Positions 36,046-46,896 of a stretch of DNA of 64,000 nt are shown piece by piece; within the stretch, counting starts at the first letter, position 1; each line of letters starts with the position of its first letter. The notes under the pieces were generated by a model, which saw only the letters and a program-made list of their open reading frames with translations, did no database searches and was not told the origin of the DNA. Position numbers and translations under genes: made by a program. The stretch comes from Eubacteriales bacterium (lineage in GTDB: Bacteria; Bacillota; Clostridia; Oscillospirales; CAG-272). The stretch covers positions 132,436 through 196,435 of the forward strand of contig JAZPXL010000005.1 in assembly GCA_045543615.1 (NCBI GenBank). The letters run 5' to 3'.

Positions 36046-38703
36046 TTATTGTGGACCTGAGGAGAAAATATCAAATATTCTGCCGTGTCTGAAATAAATC
36101 GGCTTATCGGATCCAAGCAGATCCTCTAGAGCCTCGCTGTCCTTTTCAAGCTCCTCAAGATCACGCTTCCATTGTTCCTCGTCAAAATGCGTGGTACAGA
36201 GTGCGTTGTACTGATGGACTGCAACGGAAAGTCCGGGGTAATCGCCTTTCTTCCACAGGCTGTAATAGAACGATCTTTCCTTGTCCGTAAACGGCATTAC
36301 ATTGTACGGAAGCTTTACATAGGTGTATTGTGTGTCGGTAACGAACATTACAGAGCCAAGATGTCTCTGCTCGATCTCGACAAGTGCAACCTTGACCACG
36401 TTTTCAGGTGGGCAGTTTTTGCAGGCAATACCCTTTTCTACGATATCGTAATCGACAAGAATATGTCTGTCGCAATATTCAACAGGCTCAGTGCCCTTGA
36501 TGAAATATCCCGTCTCTCTGCGGTCGCCTCTCGGATCGTGCGCACAAGTATCCTTATTATAGAGGAGTCCTGAGTCTTGGCAATAGGTAACCTCTATTAT
36601 ATTGCTCGGGGTCTCAAAGCTCTTAAGCTCCGCCTCTCCCGCCGCTACCTTATCAAGCACCTTGACCTGATGAACACGTGTCATAACATCGTCCCATACC
36701 CTTACGGCAGGGTTGAAGTTTGCATTGATGGTCTTCTGGTACTCATAGCCGTACCATACACCACAGATATAATAAGGAGTATAGCCGATGAACCAACGGT
36801 CATAATAGTCACCTGCAGAACCCGTCTTACCTGCAACGTCAATGCCTGTTGTTTTGCCAAAGGTAAGCGCAGTAGCAGTACCGCTCTTTATAACGTTTTC
36901 CATCATCTTTGTCATCAGAGCCGAGGTGTCCTCGCTGATGGCAACTGTTCCCGAATACTTGTTTTCAAGAATTACGTTGCCCTCGCTGTCGGTTACGGTG
37001 AGGTATGAATGGGGCTCGTTGTAAACGCCGTTGTTTGCAAAAATCGAATACGCAGCAGTAATTTCTCTGTTTGTAAGTCCATAGGTCAGCTGACCGAGAG
37101 CCAGAGATGCATAGCCCATATCAGTAAGCGTCCAACCGTCCTGCTTCTCTGCAACAAGCAGATTTTTCATCTGTAATGTATCGTAACAGAAATCAAATGA
37201 CTGCTTAATTCCGACACGGTCCAGCACCTTGACTGCTACCGTGTTAAGAGAATGCTTTATTGAATAGTTGATATTTGTAAGGCCTCTGTAAACGCCGGTT
37301 GCGTTCTTCGGCCAGGCAATATTATTGTCAAAATTGAACGGTGTGTCATCATAAACAGTTGACCAGGTGATAAGCCCCTGTTCAACTGCAGGAGCATAAA
37401 CCGACAACGGCTTGATTGACGAACCGGGGGAACGCCTTGTCTGTGTTGCATAATTGAGAATACGGTTTGCCGTCTTCTCTCCTCTTGAACCTACAACGGC
37501 AAGTATATCACCCGTCTGTGGATCAATAATAATCGCAGATGCCTGTGCCTTGATTCCCGATTTATCAACAGGGAAAAGCTCGTCATTCATCATTGTCTTC
37601 TCAAGCTCTGCCTGAATTACGGGATCTACAAGAGAAACGATATTAAGTCCACCGTTATAAACGAGAAGAGACGCCATCTTGGAGGAATAGCCCTTCTGAC
37701 TGACGAGATCGTCAATTACATCCTGGATTACCATATCGGTGTACCAGGAGTTTACTGTGAGTGCGTCCTCGTCCTCATCCTCACTCTCATTTCCACCCGG
37801 CAAATTGAGCACAAGCTCCTTGCCAAACGCCTCTTCAAATTCACGGCGAGTGATAAGTCCCTGATCATACATCTCATAGAGAACGGTATTACGTCTCTCT
37901 GCGTTGTATTCGGGATAATAGATAGGATTGAATCTTGATGGGTTCTTTGTAATGCTTGCGATAGCTGCACACTCAATAAGCGTCAGCTCGGAGACGTCCT
38001 TCGAAAAATAGCTGTACGCCGCTGCCTGAACGCCGTTACATCCGTTACCGAAGTTTACGATATTGAGATAAAGCTCAAGGATCTCCTCCTTGTCCATCTT
38101 AGTCTCAAGGTCGAGTGCCCAAAAGATCTCCTGAATCTTTCTCTGGATCGAATAATCGTCATTCTGCGTGACGTTCTTGATGAGCTGTTGCGTGATGCTT
38201 GAGCCACCGTAGCCACTCTCGTCAAAGCCGAGGAAGAAGTTAGCACCTGCTGCAATCGTACGCTTCCAGTCAACGCCGCTGTTTGTCATAAAACGCTTGT
38301 CCTCGATGGCTATGATAGCATTTATCATATTGTCGGGTATCTGCTCGTATGATACAAAAATCTGGTCAGCATCGCCCTGAATACGATAGTCAGCGTCCGA
38401 ATCCATCGGCACAAGCTTGCCCTCTCGGTTTGCTCTATCGGTGAACTCATACCTGTAAATATGCGTGGTGGTAGATGTCGGTATGTTCATCCTGAACTGG
38501 TCAGCATCTATCTCCGTCTCGATATAGTTATTTATATACACCGTAAATGCACAAACAACGATAATTCCCGTGAGTGCACAAATCAGCAGTATTGTTATAA
38601 TGACGTTGATAAAGGCCTTGAAGAACTTGCCGATGCCCGAAACAAGCACCTTGCCCGCCGTCTTCAATTCCTCGCCCCATTTGATTTTCTTTTTTGAAGC
38701 CAT
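36046..38703 (-). CDS. Class A penicillin-binding protein (glycosyltransferase 51 plus transpeptidase)
   Basis: Start set at the second ATG, 38703 (GGAG 9 nt upstream). GT51 motif IAIEDKRFMTNSGVDWKR. Transpeptidase motifs SPGSSIKP (SxxK) and AGKTGS (KTG). Confidence 0.92.
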   Translation of the reverse strand: MASKKKIKWGEELKTAGKVLVSGIGKFFKAFINVIITILLICALTGIIVVCAFTVYINNYIETEIDADQFRMNIPTSTTTHIYRYEFTDRANREGKLVPMDSDADYRIQGDADQIFVSYEQIPDNMINAIIAIEDKRFMTNSGVDWKRTIAAGANFFLGFDESGYGGSSITQQLIKNVTQNDDYSIQRKIQEIFWALDLETKMDKEEILELYLNIVNFGNGCNGVQAAAYSYFSKDVSELTLIECAAIASITKNPSRFNPIYYPEYNAERRNTVLYEMYDQGLITRREFEEAFGKELVLNLPGGNESEDEDEDALTVNSWYTDMVIQDVIDDLVSQKGYSSKMASLLVYNGGLNIVSLVDPVIQAELEKTMMNDELFPVDKSGIKAQASAIIIDPQTGDILAVVGSRGEKTANRILNYATQTRRSPGSSIKPLSVYAPAVEQGLITWSTVYDDTPFNFDNNIAWPKNATGVYRGLTNINYSIKHSLNTVAVKVLDRVGIKQSFDFCYDTLQMKNLLVAEKQDGWTLTDMGYASLALGQLTYGLTNREITAAYSIFANNGVYNEPHSYLTVTDSEGNVILENKYSGTVAISEDTSALMTKMMENVIKSGTATALTFGKTTGIDVAGKTGSAGDYYDRWFIGYTPYYICGVWYGYEYQKTINANFNPAVRVWDDVMTRVHQVKVLDKVAAGEAELKSFETPSNIIEVTYCQDSGLLYNKDTCAHDPRGDRRETGYFIKGTEPVEYCDRHILVDYDIVEKGIACKNCPPENVVKVALVEIEQRHLGSVMFVTDTQYTYVKLPYNVMPFTDKERSFYYSLWKKGDYPGLSVAVHQYNALCTTHFDEEQWKRDLEELEKDSEALEDLLGSDKPIYFRHGRIFDIFSSGPQ

Positions 38704-38877
38704 CTTTTTCTCCATTAATGGTTAGATACGTTATTTACAAAAGCCACAAAGCAGTAAATAATGCCAAAGCCGGTAGCTTTATTACATATTATCATACATT
38801 TTTGAATATTTTATGAATTGTTGCTGATAATATCATTGAGTAGACAAAAATATTTTTAATTTTTGAAAGGATATTCA

Positions 38878-39432
38878 ATGAAACACGATCAATTGTTAGT
38901 TTCTTTCGTTGTTGTTGCAGTAGTCGCACTCATTGTGTCGGGTGCGGCAGTTTTTGCAAGCGCAAGGGCTTACAGCGAAATCGCCTTCGATACCGACGAA
39001 AATGCACTCTCTCAAAGCACATCTCAAAGCACATCTCAAAGCCCCACTCAAAGTGACAGCAAAGACGAAACGATGACGGGGAGTGATGATGACATAAGTG
39101 CATCCCTCTCTCCCGACACCTCCGCTCCGAGCACATCGAGCACACCTATCACAAGCGGCGGCGAGGACGCAACACCTACAACCTCCGAAAGTCCTGACGT
39201 AAGCACGTCGGTTGATGATGACGAATCAACAAGCACCACGCCCGTTGACAGCGGCACGCTTCTTCGCCTAGACGGCAACACACTCTTGATCATAGAGGAC
39301 GGTGAATGTGTGTATGAGCGAAGCTACGAGTGCTCATCCCTCAAAAAGAGCGAGCTTGAGAAGCTGCGAGCAGGCATATCATTCCCCGATTTTGAGGCGG
39401 CTATGGTTGCCGTATACGATTTGATTTCGTGA
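38878..39432 (+). CDS. Membrane-anchored Ser/Thr/Asp-rich protein with a small C-terminal globular domain
   Basis: ATG at 38878; the track uses an upstream TTG. TM LLVSFVVVAVVALIVSGAAVFA. STSQSTSQSPTQS low-complexity stretch. C-terminal LLRLDGNTLLIIEDGECVYE...LRAGISFPDFEAAMVAVYDL. Confidence 0.6.
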   Translation: MKHDQLLVSFVVVAVVALIVSGAAVFASARAYSEIAFDTDENALSQSTSQSTSQSPTQSDSKDETMTGSDDDISASLSPDTSAPSTSSTPITSGGEDATPTTSESPDVSTSVDDDESTSTTPVDSGTLLRLDGNTLLIIEDGECVYERSYECSSLKKSELEKLRAGISFPDFEAAMVAVYDLIS

Positions 39433-39439
39433 TCGTGTT

Positions 39440-42400
39440 TTATCTGCCGACAACAGAATCGTTGCCTGCTATCTCCCCAAGCTCATCAAGCAGAGCTTTA
39501 GAGATCTCCACTCCGTGTGCATATTCCTCATACTGTCCGACATCGGAATAGTAGAAGAATAATCTTATGTTTCCATCAAATATCTCTGCGATATTTGCAC
39601 ATTTCTTATAAATAAGCGAGTCTTTTGATGGAACTCTGACATAAAGCTTACGAATAGCTTTTTCCTGCACCTCTGCCGTGGGTGCAGTTTTTCTTTTTTC
39701 TTGTGCAGCCGTGGGAGCAGGACGTCTGCGCTTGTATTCCTCGTCACTCAAAAGTGGGACTGCAGCAGACAAGAGTATTTTTGCCCTCTCGCCATCCCTT
39801 CTTGAGACGTTACCGTGTATGCAAACTGCCGTATCCATCACGATAAGTCGACGGTAGGATGCGTATTGTTTTGCAAAAACGACGACCTCGAGCGTACCAC
39901 TCTTATCTTCAAGAGTGGCGAAAGCCATACCCTCTCCCTTGCGTGTTGTCTTCTGCACTACACCTGTTATCATACCACAGACTGCGACAGGTGAGCCATC
40001 GGTAACGCCCGTGTCCTCCTCGTTCTCCTCGCCGTCCTCACTACCAACAATATCGGCAATACGAGTTGGCGAAATTGACTCTATATGCATTGAATAATTA
40101 TCGAGCAAATGACCTGAGAAATAGAGTCCCGCCACTTCTCTCTCCATCGAAAGCAAGTCCCTGATGGAAAATTCGGGAATATCGGGATATGAGATGCTGT
40201 CATCCATTCCCATATCCTCGCCTGCCATCGAGAACATATCGAGCTGACCCATAATATTGCCACGGCTCTTGCGGCCTATCGCAAGAAGCGCGTTTTCAAG
40301 CGTTGCAAGGAGCTTTGAACGGTAAACGCCAAGACTATCAAATGCACCTGCCTTGATAAGTGACTCAACCATTCGTCTGTTAAGCTCACTTCCCGACATT
40401 CTCTCAAGGAAGTCTCCAAAAGAGCTGTACTCTCTCTCTCCTCTGAGATAAATAATCCTGTCAACAAACTGTCTTCCGACGTTTTTAAGTGCCAGCAGAC
40501 CGAATGTGATATCATTTCCACTTACGTGGAAGTCAAGCATACTGCGATTAATATTCGGGGGAAGAACTCTGATTCCGAGCTTTGCCGCCTCGGCTATATA
40601 ATCAGCTATCTTATCGGGTGAGCCGAGTACGCTGTTGAGCAGAGCCGCAAAGAATTCACGGGGATAATGCGCCTTGAGATATGCCGTTCTGAACGAAAGC
40701 ATAGCGTATGCGGCGGCGTGGCTCTTGTTGAACGCATAGCTTGCAAAGCTTGACATATCGTCAAACAGCTCCTCAGCTATCTCGCGGGAAACGCCGTTCT
40801 TTGCTGCTCCATCAATAAAGTTGTCCTTCTCTGCCGCAAGCACTGCCGCTTTTTTCTTCGACATCGCACGGCGAACTATATCAGCTCTGCCAAACGAAAA
40901 GCCTGCAACAGTACGGAAAATGTTCATTACCTGCTCCTGATAAACAATGCAACCATAGGTTGGATCAATTATCGGTTCAAGCAGAGGATGGAGATATTTT
41001 ACCGAGGACGGATTTTTCTTTCCCTCTATATATTTCGGGATGGAGTCCATAGGGCCCGGACGGTAGAGTGCGATTGCCGCAAGTATATCATCTATGCACT
41101 CAGGGCAAAGATTTGTCAGCATCGCTCTCATTCCCGAAGACTCGAGCTGAAAAACTCCACTTGTCTGTCCCGACGAGATAAGCTCATAGGTCTTTTTGTC
41201 ATCAAGGCTAACAGTCTCGATATCAAAATCGGGATCATTCTCCCTGATCTGCTTAACTGCGTCATCAATTATCGTGAGATACCTAAGCGCAAGGAAGTCG
41301 AATTTCAGAAGTCCGAGAGACGCCACAGTATCCATATCAAACTGTGTCACAACAGCTCCGTTGCTGACGGCAAGTGGCAGATATTCGAGCACAGGCTTCT
41401 CGGTAATTACCACACCTGCGGCGTGAACGGAAACATTTCTCGGCATACCCTCAAGCAGTCTTGCTGTATTCATAAGCTTTTTGACATCATCGGAGCTTTC
41501 GTAAAGCTCACGCAGTTCCGGCACAGCCATAGCATCTTCAAGGGTCACGTCAAGCTCCCTTGGTATGAGCTTTGCGATCTCGTCCACATCGGAATAGGAC
41601 ATACCAAGCACTCTGCCACAGTCACGCACTGCAGCTCTTGCTCCGAGTGTACCAAATGTTATAATCTGAGAGACACGGTCCTCTCCGTATTTGTCCTTGA
41701 CGTACCGGAGTACCTCGTCTCTGCGATTGTAACAGAAATCTATGTCAATATCGGGCATACTTACTCTCTCGGGATTGAGAAATCTCTCAAAGAGCAAGTC
41801 AAAGCGAAGTGGATCTATATCGGTAATTGATGTTCCGAACGCAACAAGGCTACCACATCCCGAGCCTCTGCCTGGACCTACGGGAATACCCTCTCCCTTG
41901 GCAAAGCCCACATAATCGGAAACTATGAGAAAGTAATCGTCAAAGCCCATCGAATGTATCACGTCAAGCTCATATTCTGCTCTTGCGATATAATCGTCAA
42001 GCGTAAAGCCGTCTGCAGGAATGCGTCCCGACAGCGCAAGCTTTTCAAGTCCACCAAAGGTTCTCTCTCTGAGCACCTCGAAGGCACTCTCGCCGTCCCT
42101 CAAAGGATAGCGAGGCAGCTTGTAGCCCTCTTCTTCAAGCTCAAGCGAGCATCTCTCGGCAATACGGACAGTGTTCTCGATAGCACCCTCATATCCACCA
42201 AATAGTCTTTCCATCTCGGTGGTGGACTTATAATAAAACTCGTCAGTTTCAAATCCCGGTCTGCCACCGTCTGCCATCGTAGTATTGGTCTGTATGCACA
42301 TAAGAACGGTCTGTGCCTCAGCGTCGCTCTTTTTCAGATAATGCACATCATTAGTTGCAACAACGGAAATACCAAGCTTCTTGGCAAGCAGATAAAGATC

Positions 42401-42964
42401 GGGCAATATCTGTCTCTGTTCGGGTATACCGTGGTTTTGAAGCTCAATAAAAAAGTTATCCTTGCCGAAAATTTTAAGATAGGTCTCGGCAATTTTCTCT
42501 GCACGATCGCGGTCTCCCGCAGAGAGAGCTGACGGAATTTCACCGGAGAGGCAAGCTGACAGACAAATAAGACCCTCGCTATGATTGCGAAGAAGCTCAA
42601 GATCCACTCTCGGTCTTGAATAAAAGCCCTCAGTAAATGCCTTTGAGACCATATAAGTGAGGTTTTTATAGCCCGTCATATTCTCGCACAAGAGCACAAG
42701 ATGGTGCGCTCCACCCTCTCGTCCGCTCACACGGTCAAAGCGAGATGAGGGTGCGACATAAACCTCGCATCCGACAATGGGCTTTACACCTGCCTTTTTG
42801 CAGGCCCTGAAAAACTCCATAGTGCCGTACATAGCACCGTGGTCGGTCATTGCAACTGCGCTGTGACCTGCTGCAAGGACAGCAGCAGGAATATCTTTGA
42901 TACGGCAAGCTCCGTCAAGCAAGCTGTATTCCGTATGCAAATGAAGATGAACAAAATCAGCCAT
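39440..42964 (-). CDS. dnaE: DNA polymerase III alpha subunit (DnaE type)
   Basis: Start at ATG 42964 (AAGGAGGG RBS; MADFVHLHLHTEYSLLDGA is the PHP domain). About 1174 aa. Confidence 0.95.
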   Translation of the reverse strand: MADFVHLHLHTEYSLLDGACRIKDIPAAVLAAGHSAVAMTDHGAMYGTMEFFRACKKAGVKPIVGCEVYVAPSSRFDRVSGREGGAHHLVLLCENMTGYKNLTYMVSKAFTEGFYSRPRVDLELLRNHSEGLICLSACLSGEIPSALSAGDRDRAEKIAETYLKIFGKDNFFIELQNHGIPEQRQILPDLYLLAKKLGISVVATNDVHYLKKSDAEAQTVLMCIQTNTTMADGGRPGFETDEFYYKSTTEMERLFGGYEGAIENTVRIAERCSLELEEEGYKLPRYPLRDGESAFEVLRERTFGGLEKLALSGRIPADGFTLDDYIARAEYELDVIHSMGFDDYFLIVSDYVGFAKGEGIPVGPGRGSGCGSLVAFGTSITDIDPLRFDLLFERFLNPERVSMPDIDIDFCYNRRDEVLRYVKDKYGEDRVSQIITFGTLGARAAVRDCGRVLGMSYSDVDEIAKLIPRELDVTLEDAMAVPELRELYESSDDVKKLMNTARLLEGMPRNVSVHAAGVVITEKPVLEYLPLAVSNGAVVTQFDMDTVASLGLLKFDFLALRYLTIIDDAVKQIRENDPDFDIETVSLDDKKTYELISSGQTSGVFQLESSGMRAMLTNLCPECIDDILAAIALYRPGPMDSIPKYIEGKKNPSSVKYLHPLLEPIIDPTYGCIVYQEQVMNIFRTVAGFSFGRADIVRRAMSKKKAAVLAAEKDNFIDGAAKNGVSREIAEELFDDMSSFASYAFNKSHAAAYAMLSFRTAYLKAHYPREFFAALLNSVLGSPDKIADYIAEAAKLGIRVLPPNINRSMLDFHVSGNDITFGLLALKNVGRQFVDRIIYLRGEREYSSFGDFLERMSGSELNRRMVESLIKAGAFDSLGVYRSKLLATLENALLAIGRKSRGNIMGQLDMFSMAGEDMGMDDSISYPDIPEFSIRDLLSMEREVAGLYFSGHLLDNYSMHIESISPTRIADIVGSEDGEENEEDTGVTDGSPVAVCGMITGVVQKTTRKGEGMAFATLEDKSGTLEVVVFAKQYASYRRLIVMDTAVCIHGNVSRRDGERAKILLSAAVPLLSDEEYKRRRPAPTAAQEKRKTAPTAEVQEKAIRKLYVRVPSKDSLIYKKCANIAEIFDGNIRLFFYYSDVGQYEEYAHGVEISKALLDELGEIAGNDSVVGR

Positions 42965-43006
42965 TACCGTACCCTCCTTAAAAACTGATGCCGCAAGTGG
43001 CAATTT

Positions 43007-43909
43007 TTATTGATTTTCTTCTCTGATTTTCTTTGCAAGAGCCAAAAGCTTCTGCATTCTGTGATTAAGCCCCGATTTTGAAATCGGTGGAGTATGCCGT
43101 GCGGCAAGCTCTGAGAGCGAAAGCTCAGGCAGAGCGGCTCTGAGTCTGGCAGTTTCCTGAAGCTCATCGGGGAGCAAGGTGATATTGCCACTCTCAATAA
43201 GAAGTCTTACAGCTTCAAGCTGTGCGCTTGATGCCGCCGTAGTTCTCCCGATATTTCGCACCTCGCAATTTGATTTGCGATTTACCTCGCCACGAAGCTC
43301 ACGCATAAGCTTTCCCTGCATCAGCTCCATCGCTGTGCTTACAGCCCCCGACATCGTAAGTATATCCTCGACGTCCTCCGCTCTCTTGAATATCAGCGAG
43401 GACAAGCCATCCCTCTCCGACACACCCGGTGTATGTCCCAGCGACTCAAAAAGAGAACGCAAAGCTCCTGCTCTCTGTGGATCATTTATCCTGATCTCAA
43501 GCCTCGACTCACGGTCGGGATCTGAAAAGGTGGATGCCGAAAGAAAAAGACCACCTAAAAATGCAGTCGTGCAGTCCTTGCATTTAAGAAGCGAGAGCAA
43601 GCTCTCTCCATCGCCTGAGAGCAGACGGAGCTTCTCCGACAGCTTTTCAGAGAAAAAGCTTAAATCACAGCTGACTCTGCCATAGCTGTTTTGATACTCG
43701 GCAATACCATCTCTGCCGTAGCAATCGTGCAGGTATTTAAGCGCAAGCTCTGAGACAGACCGTCCGACAAGTCGCACATACACAGAGCCCTCCATACCGA
43801 GATCAGCGTTTATGAGTAGTCCGAACAGTAAGGAACGGCGACAGCAATCCTTTGTCGGAAGGTTCAGAAGCAACTCTTCTCTCACCCTTTGTGTAAAGCT
43901 TACCTTCAT
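43007..43909 (-). CDS. whiA: DNA-binding protein WhiA
   Basis: 300 aa. MKVSFTQRVREELLLNLPTKDCCRRSLLFGLL. C-terminal HTH LSELAARHTPPISKSGLNHRMQKL. ATGA overlap with the murB stop. Confidence 0.9.
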   Translation of the reverse strand: MKVSFTQRVREELLLNLPTKDCCRRSLLFGLLINADLGMEGSVYVRLVGRSVSELALKYLHDCYGRDGIAEYQNSYGRVSCDLSFFSEKLSEKLRLLSGDGESLLSLLKCKDCTTAFLGGLFLSASTFSDPDRESRLEIRINDPQRAGALRSLFESLGHTPGVSERDGLSSLIFKRAEDVEDILTMSGAVSTAMELMQGKLMRELRGEVNRKSNCEVRNIGRTTAASSAQLEAVRLLIESGNITLLPDELQETARLRAALPELSLSELAARHTPPISKSGLNHRMQKLLALAKKIREENQ

Positions 43910-44829
43910 TTTTTCGCCCTCGGCGTTCTTATCTCACATTCAAGCTCAACATCGAAATTCTCTCTTACAACAGCCCTGACGTGCTCTATTACTGCACGCA
44001 CATCGGCAGCCGTTGCACCACCCTTGTTGATTATAAATCCTGCGTGCTTTTCGGACACGCAAGCTCCACCAACTGTGTAGCCTTTAAGTCCTGACATTTC
44101 AACCATCTGTCCAACATATTTGTCGGGAGCAGGACGTTTAAAAACGCTTCCTGCACTTGGGTATTCAAGTGGTTGCTTTGAGCGTCTTCGTTCCATAAGC
44201 TCGCGCATCTTCTCGGAAATACACTCGCCGTCACCAGCCGTCAGCGCAAAGCTCGCCGAAAGACAAACAAGACCTTCCCTCTCCATAATTGCACTGTGCC
44301 TGTATGAAAAATTCATATCCTTGCCCATAATGGTGTAGATCTCGCCACTGTGAGAGTCAAGCACACGGCAAGAGATGAGCACATCGGAGATCTCACCACC
44401 GTACGCCCCGGCGTTCATAGTAACAGCACCACCACAGCTACCCGGGATTCCGTACGCAAATTCAAGTCCTGTAAGTGAGCTTTTGCGTGCAATATTTGCT
44501 ATTGCAGTCAAAGATGCGCCACATTCGGCAACAATGCTCTCACCACAAACGCTTATGTTATTCATACCCTCGGTAAAGACAATGCATCCACGGTAGCCAT
44601 CATCGTCAAACAGAAGATTTGAGCCGTTGCCAACTACAAATGCAGAAATTTCCTCCCTGTTTGCGACAGCAAAAACTCTTGCCATCTGCTCCTCGTTTTT
44701 GGGGAATACGCCAACGTCAGCTCTGCCACCTATGCGAAAGCTCGATTTTCCTGCAAGAAGAATATCCCTCTCACACAAGATCCCCTCGCATTCAAGAGTG
44801 GCGCAAAATTTATCTATATTCTTACTCAT
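43906..44829 (-). CDS. murB: UDP-N-acetylenolpyruvoylglucosamine reductase
   Basis: 307 aa. FRIGGRADV, VVGNGSNLLF and PSAGSVFKRP. Confidence 0.93.
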   Translation of the reverse strand: MSKNIDKFCATLECEGILCERDILLAGKSSFRIGGRADVGVFPKNEEQMARVFAVANREEISAFVVGNGSNLLFDDDGYRGCIVFTEGMNNISVCGESIVAECGASLTAIANIARKSSLTGLEFAYGIPGSCGGAVTMNAGAYGGEISDVLISCRVLDSHSGEIYTIMGKDMNFSYRHSAIMEREGLVCLSASFALTAGDGECISEKMRELMERRRSKQPLEYPSAGSVFKRPAPDKYVGQMVEMSGLKGYTVGGACVSEKHAGFIINKGGATAADVRAVIEHVRAVVRENFDVELECEIRTPRAKK

Positions 44830-45523
44830 CTACGCCCTCCAAAAGCGTTTCAATATCGCGAAGTCTCTCCACGGTATAGGTTATATCCATTCCGTCGGGC
44901 TTTGCCTTTTTAGCAGGATTGTACCAACAGGTATCAATTCCATAGTTTATGCCACCTCTGATATCGGATGACAGCGAGTCTCCGATAACGAGAGCCTGTT
45001 TGCAATCAAAGCCATCAATGGCAGACGCAACTGCGTCAAAGAAAAGTGGGGACGGCTTTTCAACTCCGATCTCGTCGGAAACAAAGGTGTGCTCAAAATA
45101 CTTGCAGATGGCAGAGCCACCAAATCTCGCTCTCTGCACCTCAAGTATGCCGTTTGTAATTATGTAAAGCTTATATTTACCAAAAAGACTGCGACAAAGC
45201 TCCTCTGCTCCCTCGCAAAGTTGGCTGTTGCTTTTGAGATTTTCAACATAGCTGTCTGCAAGATACAAAGGGTCGGCACCAAAACCAAAATGCAGGCAAA
45301 AACGCTCAAAGCGAAGTGTACGCAATCTCTCTTTTGTAATCTCGCCACGCTCAAGCATCTTCCACATCGAGTCGTTTATCTCGCTGTAAGCTGCCACGAT
45401 CTCATCGCCATCGGGCAGATGTGCACCCCTGAGTGTTGCCACCAGGGCACATTTTTCTGCAAGCGAAAAGTCAAGAAGTGTATTGTCTGCATCAAAGAGC
45501 AACCATTTGTATTTCCGAGACAT
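44822..45523 (-). CDS. HAD-superfamily hydrolase (YjjG-like nucleotidase type)
   Basis: 233 aa. LLFDADNTLLDF (DxDxT) and VIGDSLSSDIRGG. Confidence 0.85.
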   Translation of the reverse strand: MSRKYKWLLFDADNTLLDFSLAEKCALVATLRGAHLPDGDEIVAAYSEINDSMWKMLERGEITKERLRTLRFERFCLHFGFGADPLYLADSYVENLKSNSQLCEGAEELCRSLFGKYKLYIITNGILEVQRARFGGSAICKYFEHTFVSDEIGVEKPSPLFFDAVASAIDGFDCKQALVIGDSLSSDIRGGINYGIDTCWYNPAKKAKPDGMDITYTVERLRDIETLLEGVDE

Positions 45524-45608
45524 AGCGTCACCTCCGCATAGTTTTACACTTTATTATACAACACAAAACAGAATTTTGCAACTACAAAATGCTTTTTTTT
45601 ACTTCTAC

Positions 45609-45637
45609 TTGCATTTTTAATTCAGTTGTGTTATAAT
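45609..45637 (+). promoter_or_regulatory. Promoter for coaE (TTGCAT-17-TATAAT with TGn extended -10)
   Basis: TTGCAT at 45609-45614, TG at 45629-45630 and TATAAT at 45632-45637. Confidence 0.65.
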
Positions 45638-45690
45638 ATACTATGTATAATTATTATTAATTAAAAAATCGACGATAGGGAGGACGAGCT

Positions 45691-46290
45691 ATGGTTATCG
45701 GAGTCACAGGGCCGAGTGGTGCAGGAAAATCGCTTTTCTGCAGTTTTCTTGCAGAGAGTGGTTGTCTTGTGCTTGATTGCGACAAGATATATCATTCTCT
45801 CGTCAATTCTCCCTCGCCCTGCACCCGTGCTCTGGCAGAAGAGGAGATGTTCGGAGAGAGGGTGCTGAGAGAGGACGGAAGCCTTGACAGAGCAGTTATG
45901 GCATCCATAGTCTTTGCGCCGGGTGGCAAAGAAAAACAAAAAAGGCTCAATGAGATCACACACGCTTTCGTACTCGATGAGGTGCGCCGATCAATCGGCA
46001 ACGCAGGCGATGGCATACCTGCAATAATAATTGACGCTCCACTTCTCTTCCAGGCAGGCTTTGAGGCTGAGTGCGATTTCACCGTCGCGCTTATTGCATC
46101 GCCAAAGCTCAGGCTCTCACGTCTTCGCATCCGTGACGAGAAAACGGACGAGGAGCTTTCGGCACGGCTTGCAGCTGCACCACACGACAGCTTTTACACC
46201 ACTCGTGCAGATTTCACGATCATAAACGACGGTGACACCGAGGCTCTGCGTCTTGCAGCCCGTAACTTACTTACGGAGGTAGGCAGATGA
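45691..46290 (+). CDS. coaE: Dephospho-CoA kinase
   Basis: 199 aa. P-loop GVTGPSGAGKS. Confidence 0.9.
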   Translation: MVIGVTGPSGAGKSLFCSFLAESGCLVLDCDKIYHSLVNSPSPCTRALAEEEMFGERVLREDGSLDRAVMASIVFAPGGKEKQKRLNEITHAFVLDEVRRSIGNAGDGIPAIIIDAPLLFQAGFEAECDFTVALIASPKLRLSRLRIRDEKTDEELSARLAAAPHDSFYTTRADFTIINDGDTEALRLAARNLLTEVGR

Positions 46291-46850
46291 GCAAAAAGCT
46301 AAAAAACTCTTTGGTTATAATCATTATCCTCGCTCTCTCCGTCGGCTGTGGCTTTATTTACGACCTTATCTACACATCACTTTTAGAAAAAAATCATCCT
46401 ATTCTGTACGAGGAATATGTAAACGAGGCTTCATATAAGTATTCCATTCCCGATTACATCATATATGGAAACATAAAGGCAAGAAGTGATTTTGAGACGG
46501 GACTTGTTGGGGACGGAGGAAAAACGGGGCTTATGCAGTTGACGGGTGAGCAGTACGAAGTTCTTGCCACCGAGCTTGGCTGTTATGTGGATGCAGGACT
46601 TCTGTTTGACCCGTCCACCTCGGTAAACATAGGCACGTATTGGATCTCAAAGCTTTATGACAAATACAAAAGCTTTACCACCGTATACGCAGCAATGTAT
46701 ATTGGCGAGGAAACCGTTGACGGTTGGCTTTCCGATGAAAGCCTTGTTGACGAGAACGGAAAGCTACTAAAAATTCCCGACAGGGACACAGAAAAATATG
46801 TCGAGAGTGTTATGAGTGCCATTGAGGTGTACCGTGATCTTGACAATTAA
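46287..46850 (+). CDS. Lytic transglycosylase (SLT domain), membrane anchored
   Basis: 187 aa. N-terminal TM. GKTGLMQLTGEQYEV. ATGA overlap with coaE. Confidence 0.8.
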   Translation: MSKKLKNSLVIIIILALSVGCGFIYDLIYTSLLEKNHPILYEEYVNEASYKYSIPDYIIYGNIKARSDFETGLVGDGGKTGLMQLTGEQYEVLATELGCYVDAGLLFDPSTSVNIGTYWISKLYDKYKSFTTVYAAMYIGEETVDGWLSDESLVDENGKLLKIPDRDTEKYVESVMSAIEVYRDLDN

Positions 46851-46896
46851 ATAAGAATATCAATAAGATAATCATAGATAGGAAAGGGACATAATT